A stretch of DNA of 64,000 bases from positions 104,718,001-104,782,000 of the forward strand of contig NC_091476.1 of the NCBI RefSeq assembly GCF_036971445.1, read 5' to 3'. Position numbers and translations under genes: made by a program. Under the pieces are notes generated by a model. The model did not search any database and was not told where the DNA came from. It saw only the letters and a list, made by a program, of their open reading frames with translations. Source of the stretch: Narcine bancroftii (lineage: Eukaryota). This document shows, piece by piece, positions 50,232 through 62,832 of this stretch (its first letter is position 1; each line of letters starts with the position of its first letter).

Positions 50232-53200
50232 TTTAGTGACAGAGTGCTACCACCAGGAGGAGTCAGAGATGGAGTGTGTGGCATCTGGGGAATGTTGCAT
50301 CTTGGGTAAATTCAAGATAGATGCTTTCACATGAGGACCTGACTGTGTATGTTCTGTTCCTAGAGCTGTTTGCTTAGTTAATAAATTTAGTTGTTTAAAA
50401 AGATCCCGTTTCCTTATTGTAATAAAAGAAACATCACATGGTAACAGGAGTGTGTTGCTGTGCATAAGAGTGAAAGAATCAACACAATGTGCATAGTGAG
50501 TATCAGTCCATATCAGCAGATAAAATATGGATAGTTTTGGGTTATAAAATAAATTAGGATAAAAGTGAAATTATGCCATTATACTCAATTATACTCAATG
50601 TCAAAGAGATACCTAGTTAAAATGGCCAAAAGAGGGTATTAAATATTTAGGCATTCGCACAGATATCAATCTGTAAAATTTATATAAATTGAATTACTTA
50701 TCATTACTTGAAAAGATTGAGGAGGATTTAAAAAATGAATTAATCTACCAATCACTTTAGTGGGAAAGGTTAATTATATTAAAATGAATATATTCCCAAG
50801 ATTACAATATCTTTTTCAAACATTATCTATTTTAATACCTCAAAATTATTTTTCAGGACCTGAGTAAATATGTAAGGAAATTCCTCTGGAAAGGTAAAAC
50901 GTCAGGTGTTTTAAAAGAGAAGTTAACATGGAAATATGAATTGGGAGGCCTACAGCTTCCTAATTTCAAAAATTATTATCCAGCGGCTCAAATGAGATTT
51001 CTTACTTCTTTGAAAGAGAAGAAAAGCTGGGTGGCATGGGTTAAAATAGAACTGAATAAAAAGGCAGAAAAATTTATATATAAATGGGATTCAAAATTGA
51101 TCATTGGTGATAAAGAAAAACCATTGTTGAAGCATTTGATTAATATTTGCAATAAAATAAATGAGGAAAGTTGGTGTAACAGGACATATATTGCCCAAAA
51201 TGCCTTTGATTCAAAATTCTCATATCTTTTTCAAGAGGTAATCAATTTTTGGATATTTAGTTTAGTAAGGGTATCATATTGAAGATTGTTATGAAAGGGG
51301 CCAATTAATGTCATTTGAGCAATTGAGAAATAAATATTCTTACTAATTTCAATAAAGACCATATTTGAGGGATAAGTTAGGACCAACCATATTGTTGCCC
51401 AGATGTACTGAAGTAGAACTTCTTAATAAGAGAGAAATTGTTAAGAGATTTACATCTATGATATATTCTTTATTACAAGTAGGAACTCCTAAGCATGGGG
51501 TCCAGAAATCCAGACAGAGAACGGAATTAGATTTGAACATTATAATTGATGAACAAAGATGAGCAGATCTATGTACGGATTGTATGACTAATACAGTTAA
51601 TATAAGGTGTAGATTAGTTCAGCATATTTTTTTTTACATCAGTTATATATCACCACACCACAAACATTGAATAGATTGAAATCAGATTTATCAGACCAAG
51701 ATTTTAGGTGTGGTGAAGATGTAGGAACTTCTTTGCATTCAACTTGGTCTTGTCCCAAGGCAAGACCTTTTTTGGGTAGATTTAGGGAACTTTTTGGAAT
51801 GAGTTACAGGTGCTGTATTTCCACAAAATCCAGATTTTATTTCTATTGGGAAATATTGAAGGAACAAGACCTAAATTAAAATTACCAATATATCAATTGG
51901 AATTTGTTGCATTAGCAGTGGCAAGGAAATGTATTGCAGTTATTTGAAAATCAGATATATGTTTGGGTATGGGAAGATGGAATGCAGACATTCAAAGGTA
52001 TATTCCATTTGAAAAAATTACATATTGTTTGAGAAATAAATTTATTTTTGAAAATTTGGTGCCAGTATACCCAAATATTAGGTTTAAATCTGTCAAATTG
52101 TCCTTCCCATGCCTCTGAACGTCCAAGAATCTCCTCTGAATTATATCAATAAATTTTTAAAAATAAGTATGTTACACGACATCCCTATGTGCAATCCTGA
52201 ACATTCTCTTTTTCTTTCTTTTTTTTTACTATTTTATAAAACGATATTGTACTTTTAAAATCTTGGTTATTTTGAGGGAGAGGGTCGGGGGGGTGGTGGT
52301 TTTGGGGAGTAATTTCTAATTTGTTTTCTTTTTGGAACATTTATTACTATATTAAATTTTGATTACTACATGTATGGAAAATTTTTAAATAAAATACTCA
52401 AAAAAAGAGCTTAAAAAAATGGATTGGAAATGTTGACCACAAATGGAGGCTGTTTAAACAAAGATTCATGCTGTATCTGCAAGCCGTTGGAACTGGATAC
52501 ACGGAAGATTGCAATGCTACTTACCGTGGCAGGTCCTAAAGCTCTAGAGGTTTTCAACATATTTATTTTTGCCAAGGCTGAAGACCAGGGCAAGTTCGAC
52601 GAGGTTATTGAGATGTTTGATGGACACTGTTCACCAAAGAAAAATGAAACATTCGAGAAGTATGTGTTTCGCTCACATGCACTGTTGTTAAGAGAGAACT
52701 TTGATGCTTTTTTAACAGACTTAAAACTAAAAGCAAGAACATGTAATTTTGGATCAATGATCCGCGATCAAATTGTATTGAGGATTATTGATAAGAAAGT
52801 GGGAGAGAAGTTGCTGTGAAAGACAGAGGTTACCTTAGCTGGAGCTGTGACGATATGCCATACCAGTGAATTAGTTCTGCAGGAGTGAAAAAGTTTAGTG
52901 ATAGTGTAAAAGCTATTGAAAATGAAGGCATAGTCATCGGCAGTGTCTGGACACACACATAAACAAAAAATGAGGAGATACAGGAAGCAATAAAAAGATG
53001 GAGACATTCAATTGTAAACATGCACCAAAGCAATGCCCATTTTATGGGAAAGCCTGTAATAAGTGCCAAGGACAGAATCACTATGCAGAGCAATGTTTTT
53101 CCAAAGGAAAACAAGATAGAAGTAAACGTGTACACACTTTTGAAGAAACTGTTTACAGTGATACACTTCTTGTGGGCATGGTAGTGCCCAAAGTGACCAG

Positions 53201-55388
53201 TGTCGAACAGGAAAAATGGACTGTGCCATTTCATACAAATGGAACAAATATTCCTTTCAAGCTGGACACAGGGAAAAAGGTCAAAAATGGCAAAGAAGAT
53301 AAAGCCATACATCCATGAAAATCCTGTATTGCTCAAAGCCTACAATGGACAGAGCATCAGCACAAAAGGTATATGTAAACTCAAGGTGAAAGTTCAAGAT
53401 AAAGAGCACCAACTCAGGTTCACAGTAGTCCCAGATGGACATTATTCACTGCTTGGTAACAAAGCATGTGGAAACTTAAGCCTAGTCAATAGGATGTACC
53501 ACATTAACAGTAACAATGCACAGAACAGAGGAAATATTGGATCAATTTCCAGACATCTTCAAGGGGTTTGGAGTTCTACCGTTCATCTATATGATACAGT
53601 TAAAGAAGGATGCACAGCAGATAGTGCATGCCCCAAGATGGGTTCCAGCACCACTAAAAGAAAAGCTCAAGCAGGAACTCGACCGAATGATGCTCTAGGG
53701 GTCATAAAGGAAGTGGAGGCACCCACAGAATGGGTGAATTCAATGGTGTGTGTCAAAAAGAAGAACGGTGACCTAAGCGTGTGCATGGACCCAAAAGACT
53801 TGAATGCCAATATAAAGAGAGAACATTACAGATTCCAACCAAGGAAGAAATTACAAGTGAGATGGCCGGTGCAAAGTTTTTCCACTAAATTGGACGCATC
53901 CCAGGGCTTCTGGCAAATAAAACTGCACAAAGATAGCACAAAATACTGTACATTTAATACACCATTTGGCTGATACTCCTGTCTGAGGATGACTTTTAGA
54001 ATTTCATCAGCTCCGGATGTGTTCCACAGGGTAATGGAGTACATTATAGAAGGCATAAATGGGTTAGGTGTGTACATGGATGACATGATTCCATGGGGAT
54101 CCACACAAAAACAACACAACAAAAAGCTCATCAATCCAGAGGAATGAATTAAAGTTAAACAGAGAAAAATGTCAGTTTTCTGTGAAGGAAATCACCTTTC
54201 TTGGAGATGAATTGACAGAGGCAGGTGTGGAGCCAGACAAGAGCAAGGTGAAAGCAATTTTAGATATACCAGACCCACTGAAAAAAAGGTATCTTGAGGG
54301 TGCTGGGAATGATGAATTTCATTGGTAAATTCATTACCGAACCTGTCTTCCAAAACAATGTACCTAAAGAAGTTGTTACAGGACAAATGTGAATTCAAGT
54401 GGACAGCCAACCACAAGGAAGAATGAGGATGACCAAAGACTATTCTAACTATAGAACCAGCGCTCTTGATGTTCTTTGACGCATCCAGAGGGGCAAAAAT
54501 ATCTATGGATACTTCAAAACATGGAATAGGGGCCGTATTACTTTAGGCTATTGGAGAAGATTAGAGGCCAGTCGCATACATGTCAGAACGAAGACTACAT
54601 CTGAATGTCAATATGCACAGATTGAGAAAGAGTGTCCAGGTTTGGTCTATAGAGTCGGGAAATTCCACAGTTATGTGTATGGTCTACCAACCTTCGTGGT
54701 AGAGACAGACCACAAGCCATTAATAGTGATAATCAAGAAAAATCTCAGTGAAATGTCACCGAAAACCCAAAGATACAGAAAAGGACACAGATCTACAGAA
54801 GGTCATCAAGAATCTGAATTAAGGATGGCCTAGAGGTGAATGTTAGCCATCCTCAACATCAGAGCTGAGCTTAGTGTTGTCAACGGGCTTCTAAGACAGA
54901 GCAGAATTGTCATTCCTCAATCACTGCAACAAGAGATGCTGAAAAGGGAGCATGAGGGGCACCTTGGAATGAAAAAATGCAAGAGGAGGCTAGAACTGCT
55001 GTTATTTGGCCAAGGATAAATGCTAATATTGACAGGACTATGAAACCTGCTTGAAGCATCACGTAAAGCAGGCAAAGGAACCCATGATAATAACTGATGT
55101 ACCAGCATAACCATGACAGAAAGTTGGGACTGATCTGTTCCACTTGCTGGTTATTGATTAAACATCTCAAGGAAGGGGGATGTAGTGATAGAGTGCTAAC
55201 ACCAGGAGGAGTCAGGGACAGAGTATGTGGCACCTGAGGAATGTTGCATCTTGGGTAGATTCAAGATGGATGCCTCCAAATGAGGTCTGGTCTGTGTGTG
55301 TTCTGTCTTAGTGCTGTTTGCTTAGTTAATAAATCTAGTTATTTAAAAAGAACCCAAGTTTCTTTATTATAATAAAAGAAACACCACA
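50232..55388 (+). mobile_element. Ty3/Gypsy (Mag-like) LTR retrotransposon, degenerate, both LTRs present
   Basis: 5' LTR 50232-50438, 3' LTR 55181-55388, TSD AGGGG on both sides, PBS-like TGGTAACAGGAG at 50439, PPT AAGGAAGGGGGA. Gag with zinc knuckle (CNKCQGQNHYAEQC), protease FKLDTG, RT (KLDASQGFWQI, YMDD), RNase H ETDHKPL, integrase start HEGHLG. Confidence 0.93.
50520..52420 (+). mobile_element. L1-clade LINE (5'-truncated ORF2 plus 3' UTR) nested in the Gypsy element
   Basis: IKYLGI, IKMNIFPRLQYLFQ, KFLWKGK, GGLQLPNFKNYY, FRCGEDVGTSLHSTWSCPK; AATAAA and A-rich tail near 52390-52420. Confidence 0.88.
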
Positions 55389-56456
55389 AGGGGGACAATA
55401 TCTGTCTCCTGAAATGCAAAGGTGCTGCCTGTGAGATATGTCTGTCTCATTTCATCAAGACTTGGTTAAATCATGAGTAGTACACAATGTCTGTGATGGT
55501 GCAATGCATTAAATGGGCGAAGAGCAATACAAGAACAAGAACAAGGGAGCCCTTTAAGTTTACCCTGCCACTGAAAGATCATTTAAATGGCAATGTGTTG
55601 TTTCCTTTTCAGCTACTGACTGGTTGCACAGATTTTCAGCATGCTTAGATGTGTCAACAGTGGAATAGCAAGCGGAACAGTCATCCTTACTCTGTTATGT
55701 TGCAAATCTGTTTCCAGTCCTTCCCCAATCTAGGTATCACTCACACATTATGTGTGCTTCATGTCTTCCCATTCTCTTTTCTCACCTTGCGGACTGACCT
55801 TGGCCTAAGTTTGGATAGCTGTTCCATAGCGAAATATGGGTATATACTGAATATACTGGTAGGCTAGTTATCCATGGTGCCAATGATATCTAAAGATATC
55901 CAACTCACTGCTGGGTCTTCCTCATATTTTCATATTGAAATATTTATCAACTGGTAGTTAATCTTTGAAAGTCCTTCTTGAATCTGCTACCAACACTGTT
56001 TCAAGCGATGGATTCCAGTTCACAACTACTTTCTCTGTAAAATCTTCATTTGATCTTTTTGCCATTTCAATGTCCTCTCCTCTGGTTGCCCTTGCACCAA
56101 TGGAAAAAGTCTCTCCTGATGTCCATCCCCCTTATAATTTTTCCTACTCCAGGAAGATAATCCCTGCAAAATGCCTCATATACGATGTGATTGGAGTAAA
56201 GTTCTTCTGCATCTTAGCTTGATTTCCTTCTGAGGATGAGGTTTCGGAGTTGCATGCAATAACAAGTTCATCAGTGGCAGGTACCAAAGCTAAGAATGAC
56301 CAATTAACTCACCCAAGAAAGCTATTGCTTTTCTGAGTGACCCATACAAACTCTCACATTATGGGGTCTGCAGACACAGTGTTTACGCACTTTCCCCACA
56401 TGATCACATTACTCTAAGGTGTTGACCGGTAGTTATCAGCTTCATGCCATTGTTAC

Positions 56457-56541
56457 CTGAATATCATCTGCTGTCAGGTGGCTTTTCATCTCAGTCTTCT
56501 TTTCAGGAGGTGGAGGTTTATGGGATGGTGGCAAATCAATC
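56457..56541 (-). CDS. NECTIN1: Nectin beta/delta-type juxtamembrane cytoplasmic exon (85 nt; x-IDLPPSHKPPPPEKKTEMKSHLTADDIQ)
   Basis: Minus strand acaaacag|G ATT GAT TTG CCA...GAT ATT CAG|gtaaca with canonical AG/GT and phase 2 to 0. Resembles recalled nectin-3beta IDLPPTHKPPP, nectin-2delta PPSYKPPTP and human nectin-1beta ...EDIQ. Joins in frame to the next exon. Confidence 0.88.
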
Positions 56542-57289
56542 CTGTTTGTGCCAGAAACATAAATATTTCAGTCTAGGGGCTACAATTATTGTGGAGACTC
56601 CACTCAATACAAGAACATGAATTAATTTCACTTCATGGAATTTCAATTCACACGCCTCAGATCTTTTTTTTTAATATCAATTTTATTACCAGGCTGCCCT
56701 CTAAATGACCCTCACTCCAGCTGGAGTACAGGCCATTGGATACACTCTGTCCTGTCTAAACCTCGCAGGCAAACATTGGTTATTTCATGAACCTGTATTA
56801 ATTCTGAGTGCCTGCTGTTTGGACTCAAATGAATTGCTGTAATTGCCAATAAATGTCGAGTGACAGCTAGGATCACAAGTTGAAGCTCATACACCATTGA
56901 GCTACCAGCCCAAAATTACATGTTAACTGCTCTATCTCAATGACCCATGAGATGTTCCCAGAGAGACAGATTGGGGATTGTAATGAAATTAACATTCTCT
57001 CTTAGATGCTGCCTGGAATAAGATCCAAGCGAATGAGTGTCCTTGGTCCAAATATAATTGCCACCAGAGCTTTATAGGCAAGTTAAGGATCTGCTTACTG
57101 AAACCCTGGGAAAAATATTAGGATTTGTTAAGGGTCGGCACCAGATGTTGTACGTACTACAGTTTGCTCCACTTCAGAAACAAATAATTCTGTCATTGTT
57201 TGTCAAGGACAAGTGAAGCGAATCTCCAAGGTGAGTCAAGCTAGACTGATTTATAAGCAGTTGAACAAGTTCTTACCTCTTACCTGTTA

Positions 57290-57465
57290 GCCTGTGCTCT
57301 TCCCTCTTCATCCCTCATTCCCCTTCTCCCCATCTTTTTATTCAGGTATCTGCCTGTTTTCTTTTGCTTATTCCTGATGAAGGTCCCAGGACCGAAACAT
57401 CGGTTACCCTTCTCTTCCTATGGATGCTGCGTGGCCTGGTAAGTTTCTCCAGTACCTTTGTGCAT
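57290..57465 (+). mobile_element. Penelope-like pLTR end with hammerhead-core-like motif
   Basis: CTGATGA-A-GGTCC-CA-GGACC-GAAA at 57374-57397, followed by tggatgctgc...gtttctccag. Confidence 0.65.
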
Positions 57466-59229
57466 TCTGATTAATTTATAAGCAATATGGAGGAGAATGA
57501 TTTGTCATGTCTTTCAATGAAATTTCTGATAGATTTCTGCATGGAAATCCCAAAGAGAAAATGAGAAGATGTAGAATTAGTGACAGTGATGGAATTAGTT
57601 ATGGCCAGGTGACCAGTATCAGCTGTGGAAAGATGACAGTAACTGAGTTGAGGTGGAAGATGAGGAGATGTGCAGGAGGATCAGGAATGTGTGGGATAAG
57701 AACTTTTGGAGGTAAGAAATAAGGGGATGATGAGTTGGATATATTGAGTTGGGCAGATGTAAGGAACGATACAAAATGATGAGAATTGGGGGAATGTGGA
57801 AGGCTGGGTGGGGAGGTGGTTTGGTCATGGGATAGGGGTTAATGACCGAAGCTAGGTAATTAAATAATAATCCCCTCCGACTATCAAGGTCAAATTAACT
57901 CCTCCCCACTTAATGAGTTTGTATGATTTATCAACCTTCCCACTCCTATTGCACAAATGACAGGATCACTCAACTCCGTGAATCTTTCAGCTGGGCAACA
58001 AAATCCATTTGTCATGAAACTATTCTCCACCAAAGGATGCATGGGATTGTGAACAGGCAAGAGAGAGGAAGATAAAAAATAAGTGGACTGCAGAACCCAA
58101 TATGGTCCTTTGATCTTGCCCTGCCTTTCAACAAGACCAGTGCTAATCAACTCCATTTGCTTGCTTCAGTCTGCTATTTGTTTGATTACCACTATGGCTA
58201 AAAGTCTATTGATCTTCAATGTACTCATGATTCAGATCTCTGTAGTAGAGTCACAATCCCGTGAATGCACAATGGTGGAGGGCTACCTCACATCTCCAAT
58301 GACCTGGGTTTAATATTGGCCTCTGGTTCTGTGGGTGTGTCATTTCCACATACTCTCTGTGACAGTGGGGGTTTCCTCCCACATGCCAAAGACTGTGGGC
58401 TGGTATTTAAATGGCCATTGCAAATTGTCCCAAGGCGAGTGTAATGGTAGGGTCAGGGGGTGGGGGTGGGGGGTTGTTGATGGGAATGCAGGGAGAGCAG
58501 AATGGGATTAGTGTACAATTGGTGGCTGATGGCTGGCATGCTCTCATTGGGCCATAGGTCCTGATTCTGTGCAGAATAACACTATAATTCCAAGAGACTC
58601 ACAGTTTTGTATGTGAGAACCCTTATTCTGGGATGATGACGTCTCATTTCTCAATTGTTCAGCCAGAAGATAAAGTCCTGCTGAGCTCCTTAAGATTTGA
58701 ATTGGTTTCAGAGAGATAACTTTCCAATCTTCTTATCTGCAGAAAATATGTTCAATCTACCCAATCTTTGCTCCAGGACTATCCATCTGGTGCTGATCTC
58801 TGCTCAACTTGCTCAATTACGCATCGCCTTGCCTGTTCATGGGGCTCAACAAATACAGATGTAGAGTCACCATTTCTGTATCTGTCTTGGAGCAAAATAT
58901 TCATTTTTCAGGATGACTGTGTAATTGCAAGATCCACAAAAGCTAAACAAGCAAACCACATTGCTGCTTTGAAACCTTTCTTAATACTGATTTATCAATT
59001 TTGAGAGGTAAAGCTTTCCGATTCAAACTACATAAGGACTAACAATCCATCAATGCTGTTTACCAGTACGACAGTAGCATTAACTTGTATTTATAAACCA
59101 CCTTTCCTGTAATAATACTGTCCAAGGCATTTCACTGATGATACTGTATTATTAAATACAATTTACTCCTGAGTCATATAAGGGGATCTGCAGTTCAGTG
59201 GCCAGTAGGCAGGACAGAAAGGTAAGTTT

Positions 59230-59752
59230 TTAGTGAAAACACAATGCTGGAGAAACTCAGCAGGTCAGACAGTGTACTTTACATAGCAAAGATAAAGATA
59301 CATAACCAATGTTTCGGATTTGAGCCCTTCATCAAGTGGACAGGCACACAAACAAAATAGGAGGGGAGGAGCAAGGAGGCAGGAGGTAATAGGTGGATAA
59401 GGGAGGGAGGGCACACCAGCAACAGGGCAGGGGGATGGCTCTGTAAATAGAGAGGGAAGCGAGTGTCGAGCTGGAAGAAAGAAGACGGAGTGATGGGAAG
59501 AGCGGGAGAACAGGAAGTAGGCTAGCAGAAATCGGAAGTCGACATTAATGCCATCTGGCTGGAGAGGGCCGAGATGGAAAATTAGGTGTTGCTCCTCCAA
59601 TTTACGGGTGGTCTTGGTTTGTTAGAACACAAGGCCATGGACAGACATGTCAGTGTGGGAGTGGGGTATAGAATTGAAATGGTTGGCCACTGGGAGATCC
59701 CTTTCACTGATGCAGACAGAGCAAAAGGTTGCTCTGCGAAGTGAACTCCCAG
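59230..59752 (-). mobile_element. Penelope-like 3' end
   Basis: EEQHLIFHLGPLQPDGINVDF followed by a pLTR-like end. Confidence 0.85.
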
Positions 59753-60014
59753 TTGCTCTCCTAGGGCATGTTTTAGTAGGTTTGGGGTGAGAAAGAGGAA
59801 AGGAAAGGAGACCGCAGAATTGGATCTGAATGCCAGAGGTCTTTTGTGATTGAAGACACTTCAGGAATGGTATTCGGATGGAAACAAGGAATGGACAAAA
59901 GCCTAGAATTGCAAGTGCACAGGCATCTAGACGGACTGACAGTCACCTCAGGAGTGAGAACATGATGACCGTTGAGAGGCACAGTGGTGCAGGCGGTTGA
60001 GCATCTGCCTCACA

Positions 60015-61320
60015 GATTTCAGATTTATTGTCAGAGTACATACATGGCATCACATATAACTCTGAAATTCTTTTTCCTGCAGGTGAGGCAGAATTACTAC
60101 TTCATGGTAGTGCAAAAAAAAACTGTACACAATGTACAGACCTGTACATAAAGACCTGTAAACTGATAATGAATGTAATCAAACTGACCATGCAACAGAG
60201 AGAATAAAAAAATCAAGAAAGTGCACAAGTAAGAGTCCTTAATGAGTCCCTGATTGAGTTTGTTGTGGAGGCGTCTGATGGTGGGGGGTAGAAGCTATTC
60301 CTGACTATGGTGATGTGAGCCTTGTGGCATCTTGTAGAGCTCGTGGAAAGAACCAAAGACTTGTTGATCCAAACCAAGGCTTTTATTAGCATAAGACTGG
60401 AGCTCTTCACAGGTGGCCGACCAGTCCGGAATGATTCGACCTGGCTAGGGACACAACCCTTTAAGGCCCAGACAGTAGGCGTTGCTAAGCTCTCAGCCAA
60501 TCGCTGTAAGCAGTCATTACACACTAGATACTGTAACTATATACATTGGTGATAGGTCTGTACTATCACACATCTCTACTTCTTTCCTGATGGCAGCAGT
60601 GAAGACAGAGTGTGTGCTGGGTGGTGTGGATTCATGACGATTGCTGCTGCCCTCTGATGGCAGTATCGTAGATGTTCTTGATAGTGGGGAGAAATTTGCT
60701 TGCGACGTCCTGGGCTGTGTCCACTACCTTCTGGAGGGCTTTATGCTCAAGGACATTGGTGACCCCATACAAGACCGTGATGCAGCCGGTCAGTGTTTCA
60801 GGTGTCATACCAAACCTTTGCAAACTCTTGAGGAAATAAAAGCACTGACGTGCTTTCTTCACAATGCCATTAGTGTGTTGGGCCCAGGAAAGATCCTCTG
60901 AGATAGTGACTTCAAAGAACTTAAATTTGTTCATCCTCTCCATCTCTGATCCCCCAATGATCACTGGATTGTATATCTCTGGTTTTCCCTTCCTGATGTC
61001 AACAATCGGCTCCTTGGTTTTGGTGACATTCAGTGCAAGATTGTTGTTGGTGCACCATTTGGCCAGGTTTTCAATCTCCCTCCTGTAATCTGACTCTTTG
61101 CCTTTCAATATACCACCAACCTGCCATGGCATCACTGGCAAATTTGGTGATGGTGCTATTGTTGTAATGAGCCACACAGTCGGAGAAGTGTGGAGAGCAG
61201 GTGGCTAATAACACAGCCCTGTGGTGCTTTGGTACTGATGGTGATTGTGGAGAGTCCCAGGCCTTGGAGTTTGCTGACGATCTTTGAGGCGATTAATGGT
61301 GTCAAATGCTGAACTGCTGC
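60015..61320 (-). mobile_element. Rex1/Babar-type LINE inserted in a V-SINE (head ~59978-60014, remainder ~61325-61600)
   Basis: ORF 60632-61177 (YRREIENLAKWCTNNNLALNVTKTKE); the tail atttcagatttattg starts right after the SINE head. Confidence 0.85.
60333..60570 (-). mobile_element. Solo LTR (238 bp) inside the Rex1 copy
   Basis: CATCT|TGTAG...TCACA|CATCT: TG..CA termini and 5-bp TSD. Minus-strand AATAAA near 60381; CpGs retained. Confidence 0.88.
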
Positions 61321-62254
61321 AATGAATCAGGTTTAATCTTAACCCACAATGTTGTCTGATGTTTTCATGCACTCCTTGTAATGTGTGTTTCCTGTAGGTG
61401 TTCCTGCTCTCTCCCACATTTCAAAGAGGCACTGCTTGGTTAGCTGGTGACTGTAAATTGTCCTTAGTGTAGGTCGGCAGCAGGAGAATTGGAGGGTGTT
61501 GATGGATGTGAGTCAGAATAGGTTGCAGGGGGATAAGTGCAGATGGGATTCTCTGAAAGCAAGCATTGATTCAATAGGCTAAATGGCTCCTTCAATGGCA
61601 TTGAAGATAATATGAGAATTTGTGCTGTTCTACAAGTCGCAAGTAATGTTGCTATCATTTCATTTTATAAAAATATAGCATGGTGGAAGGGCCTTCTGGC
61701 CTATGATACCCATGCCACCCAATTAACCTACAAGTCTCGTATATTTTGGAGGACGGGAGAAAACCAGAGCACTCAGAATAACCCTATTCAAGTCACGGGG
61801 AGGATGTACAAACTACTTACACATGTTCAGTTATTATTGTAGTTATTGAAGCCCAGCTCTTCAATCATAGAAACAGGCCCTTTGACCAACCCATCCGTAT
61901 TGCCTGTAAAACCTATCAACACTAAACTCATTTGCTTGCAGTCGGTCAGTATCAATCCATTCCTTTCATTCCAAGTAACTTCACAAATGCCTTTTAAATA
62001 TTGTAATTGTATCTGTCTCTACCACTTCCTCTGACAGGTCATTCCTTTTAACCACCACCCTGTGCGGTAAAAAAAAATCCCCTTTCAACTTCTTTCTTCT
62101 TACTTTAAACCTGTGCTCCCTAATTGTAGGACACCTGCTCTGGGGAAAAAGATTGCAACTATCCATCCTATCTATGCTCCTCATAATTGTATATACCTCT
62201 TTCAGGCCAACTCTCCACCTCCTTTGTTTCAGTGAGAATAAATCCAGCTTTCTC

Positions 62255-62832
62255 TATAACTGAGAGATTGGACGGAAAACTGGGAGATCACCTCGCTGAC
62301 CTCCTTCTCTCTCTCTGCATCAATGATAGGGATCTCCCAGTGGCCTACCCTTTAAATTCCGTGCTCCACTCCTGCACCGACATGACTGTCCATAGTCTCA
62401 AACACTGTCAAACTAAGACTACCTGTAAATTGGAGCAGCAACATCTAATATTCTGTCTGGGCACTCCCCAACCAGATTGCAATAACAATGACTTCTCTGG
62501 CTAATCCTCTTCCCCATTCTCCCTCCCTTCCCCATCCCTCTCCATCCTTTCCTCCAGCTCTCCACCCCTTCCCTCTCCATTCACAGAGCCATCCACCCTG
62601 TTTGCTGTTATGTCCTCCCTCCCTTATCTACCTATTACCTCCTACCTGTGGGCCAGTGCTCCTCCCCCTGCCCTTCCCCGCCTACGTTTTGCTCATATTA
62701 AAGACTCAAGGCAGAAACGTTGGTTATGAATCTTTATCTTTGCTATATAAAGGACACTGCTTGACCTGCTGAGTTTCTCCAGCATTGTGTTTTTACTTCA
62801 ACCATATTGTCTGCAGAATTTCGTGTTTTACT
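62255..62832 (+). mobile_element. Penelope-like 3' part (post GIY-YIG region plus pLTR)
   Basis: KLGDHLA...DLPVAYPLNS...KLEQQHLIFCLGTPQPD; ends tgacctgctgagtttctccagcattgtg. Confidence 0.85.
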
